DNA of 64,000 nucleotides from Candidatus Thorarchaeota archaeon. GTDB lineage: Archaea > Asgardarchaeota > Thorarchaeia > Thorarchaeales > Thorarchaeaceae. Position numbers and translations under genes: made by a program. This document shows, one piece after another, positions 59,191-64,000 of this stretch (positions are counted from its first letter, which is position 1; each line of letters starts with the position of its first letter). Location: NCBI GenBank assembly GCA_019057475.1, contig DXJO01000006.1:96001-160000 (forward strand), read 5' to 3'. The notes under the pieces are model-generated. The model was not told the origin of the DNA. It searched no databases and saw only the letters and a list, made by a program, of their open reading frames with translations.

Positions 59191-60585
59191 TTGCTCGTGA
59201 GTGGGAAAAATCCAAAGAAAACGAAAGATCTTCTGGCTTCATCAGGCGCGGGCATAGCAGAAGTCCTTAGTAGCTTCGCCAATGAAAAGCGTCTGCAACT
59301 GTTTGCTATGATGATAGATGGTCCAACAGGATTTGAGGAACTGCAGAATGCGTCAGGTTTGAGCAAGACTGCATTGGCCAATCATCTGAAACGACTGCTC
59401 AGGACGGGTGTTGTGCGAAGGCTCGAACGAGGCACATATGCTCTCTCTGAAGATGGCCTGAATCTCTTGAGCGCAATAGGATCTGCATACTCTGTGACTC
59501 AAAGAAGGCGTCGAGATGAAGCGTCAAGAACTGCAAGGCTGTACTCGCGTGATCCAACCCTAAAGGAAGAAGGAGAAATGGACGAATTTGAAGTTAAAAA
59601 CAAGGCTAAATGGGAACCCGCATGGACATCGTACGTGGGTACTGTATCTGGGATACTCAAGTCGCTCGGCGTCAAGGCTGAGATGCCAGATGTTGGAGGT
59701 TACACAGGCTACGCGTTCTTGGTGAATGTGGCCAAGAGTGCGACATGTCCTTCGGCTCCAACCTGTCATACTGCATTCGGGATGTTCGCAAAGGCTGTGG
59801 AGATGAGCTTCGGTTGGAAGATTGGATTCAATTGGGACAAAGAGGGGGGAAGTTATCCTAGTGACGAATCCCCAACGCTTGATGATCTGAAACGGGCAAA
59901 AGCTTACTTTGAGTTGATGAAAGGCACACTGGCACGTACGAACAGACCAATAGGTCTCTGGGGGCTCGTTGTGCCAGAGTACTTCATTATGAATGGATAC
60001 AAGGGAGACTACTATCTAGCCAGCACAATGAGAGAATGCCACAATGAGCCTGAGACGCCATTGAAGTATGACTCGCTACATGCCCCGGGAGGATTCTCTG
60101 AGATTGTATTCGAAAAAGAAACCAAGCCTCTTGAGCTAGATCGTCGGGACAAACAGGCTCTCCAGCGCGCCGTACGTGTGGCTGAAGGAAAATACGTTGA
60201 AGATGGCTATGTTCAGGGACCGAAAGCGTTTGATACGTGGGCACTGCAACTCAAGGAAGGACAGGAGAATGTTCTACTATATCACGGCAACTCGTACGTT
60301 GGTGCCTGTATGCACGAGGGAATGGAATGGGCCACTCAGTTCCTGAAGGGCTTGTCACAGCGATACAAGAAACAACCTCAAGGAGAATTCCTGAATAGCG
60401 CCAGCAAAGAATATAGCAAAGCGGCAGCAAGCATGAAGGAATTTACAGAGCTGTTTCCATTTGGTTTCCAGGGGGACCTTCCAGAAGCGAAGCGGAAGAA
60501 GGGAGCCAAACTGCTAGAGAGCACAAAGCCTCATGTGGAGTCTGCTTTGGTCCACATGAAAAAGGCTCATAAGAATTGGACTTAA
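59191..60585 (+). CDS. ArsR-like wHTH fused to a large uncharacterised domain
   Basis: ANEKRLQL..FEELQ..LSKTALANHL; C-terminal domain with GYTGYAF, PIGLWG. Confidence 0.7.
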   Translation: MLVSGKNPKKTKDLLASSGAGIAEVLSSFANEKRLQLFAMMIDGPTGFEELQNASGLSKTALANHLKRLLRTGVVRRLERGTYALSEDGLNLLSAIGSAYSVTQRRRRDEASRTARLYSRDPTLKEEGEMDEFEVKNKAKWEPAWTSYVGTVSGILKSLGVKAEMPDVGGYTGYAFLVNVAKSATCPSAPTCHTAFGMFAKAVEMSFGWKIGFNWDKEGGSYPSDESPTLDDLKRAKAYFELMKGTLARTNRPIGLWGLVVPEYFIMNGYKGDYYLASTMRECHNEPETPLKYDSLHAPGGFSEIVFEKETKPLELDRRDKQALQRAVRVAEGKYVEDGYVQGPKAFDTWALQLKEGQENVLLYHGNSYVGACMHEGMEWATQFLKGLSQRYKKQPQGEFLNSASKEYSKAAASMKEFTELFPFGFQGDLPEAKRKKGAKLLESTKPHVESALVHMKKAHKNWT

Positions 60586-60705
60586 TCTGCAGAACCTGGG
60601 AGAAGATGTGGCATAGGAAAAACCAAAGTCCTCTGCCAAGAAATGAATATCATCGCTCCATCCTCTCTTTCGAAAAGACAGAGTGGGTCGATGAAAACAA
60701 GAAGG

Positions 60706-60723
60706 GAGGGGGTTTCCCCCCTC
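60706..60723 (-). terminator. GNRA hairpin plus pyrimidine tract after the MFS gene
   Basis: Minus strand GAGGGGG-GAAA-CCCCCTC followed by CCTTCTTGTTTT. Confidence 0.55.
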
Positions 60724-60731
60724 ACATTGAC

Positions 60732-62075
60732 CTAGGCAGCTGATGCCAATTTATCCCCTACGTCGATCTGCGTTCCTCTCTTGACCGGCTGCTTAACGCC
60801 CAACATAATCAGTGCCCCAAGCACGAAGAAGCTCGCAAGGGCTACCATGGCGTAAAGGTGCTGGTCAACGGGACCAAGGCCGGCGCCCGCGCCGAGTAAT
60901 ATGATGGTCGCGTAGAAGAATGGACCGAGAATTGCGGCAAACTTGCCAGTCAGAGCATAGAAGCCGTACATCTCGCTCTTCTTCTCCTCAGGGATGAATT
61001 GACCGTACATACTGCGTGCGGTGCTCTGAGATGAACCCATTCCCACGCCGGCAATCATGCCGACAATCCACCACACGATTTGTCCATATGGCACTCCGAA
61101 GAATGCAATAAGGAGCGCGATAATCCAGATGAATAGACTGATTATCAACGTCTTTTTCGTGCCGATCTTGTCGCCAATCCATCCAAAGATGAAGGCACCC
61201 GGTATCGCGGCCAGCTGGGTCACTGCGAAGAAGATCAATATATCTGTTATTGAGAATCCGTAAACAACCTGTCCGAAAATCGCTGCATAATAGATGACAG
61301 TTGTGATCGCATCAGAAAAGAGGAAGTATGCAACCAAGAAGCGAGGCACTCCCTCGTAGGTCCGTATTTCTTTTAGCGTTTTGCGGACCCTTGAAAACCC
61401 AATCGATATGCTGCTCGTGCCTTCTTCTCCAGGATATTGCTTGGGTGGCCTATTCTTCAGACCCATAATGGCAGGAAAACCAAAAATACCAAAGAAAAGA
61501 GCTCCGAAGAGAAAAGGTAGGGTCGGTTGGTCCGCAAGCATCAGCGTACTGATGAGGGCGATGACGATAGTAATCAATGCTCCTACATACCCCACAGCCC
61601 AGCCATTGCCGCCAATTCTTCCGATGTTTTCTTCGGTACTTATCTCTGGAAGCCATGCGTTATAAAACGGAAGAGCTCCCTGAAATCCAATATTTGCTAT
61701 GACGAAAATAATCCACGCCCACACCCAGGCTGAAGGACCCAAAAATGTTACGGTCGCAAAGAAGAGCAACGCATTGAAGACGACGCACAGGATTGTGTAC
61801 GCGTAAACGAACTTCTTCTTGGACCCTGAATGGTCAGCAATTGCTCCAAGCACAGGTGATGATATGGCTATTATGAGCATCGTGACGCTTCCAGCGTATC
61901 CCCACCATGCCGTTCCTAGCGCTTCAGGTAAGCCGGCATCAACAAAAAGGCTTATGAAATACAGCGGAAATAGCGCAGTTACCATCAGCACAGAGAAGCT
62001 GGTATTTGCAAAATCATACATGTACCATGACCAGCGTTCTTTCCGGTCAGTTGGTATTACTTTTTCAGTTTCCAT
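60732..62075 (-). CDS. MFS transporter, UMF1/Atg22-like
   Basis: SWYMYDFANT, SPVLGAIAD, FYNAWLP, SQSTARS, YGFYALTGK. Confidence 0.88.
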   Translation of the reverse strand: METEKVIPTDRKERWSWYMYDFANTSFSVLMVTALFPLYFISLFVDAGLPEALGTAWWGYAGSVTMLIIAISSPVLGAIADHSGSKKKFVYAYTILCVVFNALLFFATVTFLGPSAWVWAWIIFVIANIGFQGALPFYNAWLPEISTEENIGRIGGNGWAVGYVGALITIVIALISTLMLADQPTLPFLFGALFFGIFGFPAIMGLKNRPPKQYPGEEGTSSISIGFSRVRKTLKEIRTYEGVPRFLVAYFLFSDAITTVIYYAAIFGQVVYGFSITDILIFFAVTQLAAIPGAFIFGWIGDKIGTKKTLIISLFIWIIALLIAFFGVPYGQIVWWIVGMIAGVGMGSSQSTARSMYGQFIPEEKKSEMYGFYALTGKFAAILGPFFYATIILLGAGAGLGPVDQHLYAMVALASFFVLGALIMLGVKQPVKRGTQIDVGDKLASAA

Positions 62076-62269
62076 TCTCTACTCTCCTCAATTGAGGCTT
62101 TGAATACCTTCACCAGAGGGCACACCGGTATATATCAGTGCGGGATTAAGGACTCAGCCCGGCAGCTGGACCGCGGAACCCCCATCGTTATACTCGTAAT
62201 CGGGTTTAAGCAACAATTAAGAACGACCGATACGATACTCTGTGTTGCCAATTCGTGGGGATTTGCGCT

Positions 62270-63826
62270 ATGACAGTTGAGATTGTCTGGACTGACATTC
62301 ATGGAGAACAGAAGAGCGCGAGTGTTCCTGAAGAAACAGGTACAATCGATCTCTCCTCTAGGAGAATATCGCGCATCGACCTAATACCCATAGTCAAGCT
62401 GAAGAATCTAAAGACCCTCGTGATTAGGGCGAACCACTTGACTTCATTGGACCTATCTCCTCTAGCCCAGTACACTCAACTACAGGCGCTCGACCTTGAC
62501 AACAACAGCCTAGCAAGCATAGACCTCGCACCCCTGTCTTCTTGTCCAGATCTCCGAAGCGTGGACCTCGAAGCCAACAACCTGAGCGTAATTGACCTTG
62601 GTCCCCTTTCGAAGTGTCCCCGACTTGAAATCATCGACCTGTCTTCGAACATCATCAATGAAATAAATTTGGAGCCTTTGTCGCACTGTTCGAAACTGAA
62701 GCGAATAGACTTGGATGGAAACCAGCTCACAGACGCGCCCCTTTGGCCACTTGCCGGATGCCTTAACCTGACAAAGATATTCCTGAACAGCAACAAGATA
62801 CCCTTCATCGATTTGAGTCCGGTAGCCAACTGGACAGACTTGACTGTGCTTGATTTGTCGATGAATCAACTAACAGGAGTCAATCTCCGGCCATTGGAGA
62901 AATGCGCGAAGCTAGAGAGCCTTCTGCTTCATAGTAATCGGTTGGCATTCATCGATCTCAGTCCAATGGGTGCAAGCAAACGGCTAACTATAGTGCGTCT
63001 GGATGCAAACGCGCTAACAAGTATTGATCTAGTTCCCCTGAGCGGGTGCTCCAAACTAGTTGAACTCAACCTAGCCGATAACAGGTTAGCTGAAGTTGAT
63101 CTTAGTCCTGTGAACAAATGCTCCGAGCTGCTATATCTCCACCTGAGCAATAACCAACTCCAATCTATTGACTTAGCCCCATTAAGAGGATGCTCTCACC
63201 TGAAATCTCTGACTCTGTTCAAGAACAAGCTGGCCACTATCAATCTCGCGGCTTTGGCAGCTTGTCCTGAACTTGAGCGACTGGACCTTGATAGCAATGA
63301 GCTAGGGGGTATAGATCTGGAACCTATAACAAATTGTCGAGAGATACAAGAACTTGATGTGAGTGGCAATCAAATCACTAAGATTGATTTGGATCCGTTG
63401 AAACGATGCCGAAAACTGGAAACATTGCGTCTTGATGGCAATCATCTTACTGAAATCGGTCTCAGCCCTCTTGCGAAGCTGACGGGTTTAGAGAAACTGT
63501 TTCTGAATGGAAACAGCCTTGAAAGAGCTAACCTAGGTCCTCTTGCATACTGTTCAAGCCTTGAGATTCTGTCGCTCTCTGGCAATAACTTAAAACGGAT
63601 AGACCTGGTGCCGCTTTCAAAATGCGAGAATCTAACAATCCTTGACATATCCGCTAATAGGTTCGAGTTTCTTGATCTTAGCCCACTCTTCTCATGTCCA
63701 GCATTGCAAGGATTGGATTTGCCATATCACATCAAGCCCACTGCGAAGGTGGCACTCTCGAGCTCAACAATCCTGCCAATGGCACTTGGTATGCTAATTG
63801 AAGGTGACGGGATCGATTGGATCTGA
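62270..63826 (+). CDS. Leucine-rich repeat protein (about 20 x 22-aa repeats)
   Basis: Regular LxLxxNxLxxIDLxPLxxCxxL repeats. Confidence 0.92.
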   Translation: MTVEIVWTDIHGEQKSASVPEETGTIDLSSRRISRIDLIPIVKLKNLKTLVIRANHLTSLDLSPLAQYTQLQALDLDNNSLASIDLAPLSSCPDLRSVDLEANNLSVIDLGPLSKCPRLEIIDLSSNIINEINLEPLSHCSKLKRIDLDGNQLTDAPLWPLAGCLNLTKIFLNSNKIPFIDLSPVANWTDLTVLDLSMNQLTGVNLRPLEKCAKLESLLLHSNRLAFIDLSPMGASKRLTIVRLDANALTSIDLVPLSGCSKLVELNLADNRLAEVDLSPVNKCSELLYLHLSNNQLQSIDLAPLRGCSHLKSLTLFKNKLATINLAALAACPELERLDLDSNELGGIDLEPITNCREIQELDVSGNQITKIDLDPLKRCRKLETLRLDGNHLTEIGLSPLAKLTGLEKLFLNGNSLERANLGPLAYCSSLEILSLSGNNLKRIDLVPLSKCENLTILDISANRFEFLDLSPLFSCPALQGLDLPYHIKPTAKVALSSSTILPMALGMLIEGDGIDWI

Positions 63827-63856
63827 GCGATGGATTCTCATTGGAAGGAAGTTACC

Positions 63857-64000
63857 ATGGACAATATTGAATTGGCTGAGTTCTGCAGCGAGTGGCTTGA
63901 ACACTGGACCGGGAATATGCCTGAGAAATTGATCAAGTTCTACACAGAAGATGCTCTCTATATAGATCCGGCAAATCGTAATGGGCTTCGTGGGCACAAG
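63857..64000 (+). CDS. SnoaL/NTF2-like protein; runs off the window
   Basis: Manual translation MDNIELAEFCSEWLEHWTGNMPEKLIKFYTEDALYIDPANRNGLRGHK. Confidence 0.7.
   Translation, partial: MDNIELAEFCSEWLEHWTGNMPEKLIKFYTEDALYIDPANRNGLRGHK

Overview
Archaeal chromosomal window, very probably Asgard (Thorarchaeia-like). This is inferred from tetraether synthase Tes, CofE, a single-domain gelsolin, 22-aa 'IDLxPL' LRR proteins, surface beta-helix and beta-propeller proteins, HDLNN-type PAS kinases and frequent TTG/GTG starts. I found no rRNA, tRNA, CRISPR array or transposase. Main contents: an ArsR/SmtB + P1B metal ATPase unit; a PAS kinase with a C-terminal thioredoxin-like domain; an NfeD-flotillin pair with a long His/acidic tetrapeptide repeat and a ~165-nt structured RNA between the genes; and a ~14-kb cluster (7.0-21.1 kb). 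That cluster combines an ECF importer, a corrinoid protein with two MtaA-like methyltransferases, an amidinotransferase-fold hydrolase, an OTC-family carbamoyltransferase with an altered substrate loop, two aminotransferases and a GlcD/split-GlcF-like oxidoreductase, and it is the best candidate for an undescribed pathway. Other candidates: a densely structured ~400-nt intergenic RNA at 44.8-45.2 kb, a C2H2 zinc-finger microprotein missed by the ORF track, a coupled pair of membrane B-box-like zinc-finger proteins and a HEAT-repeat/winged-helix protein. All assignments come from motif recognition by eye; no searches were run.
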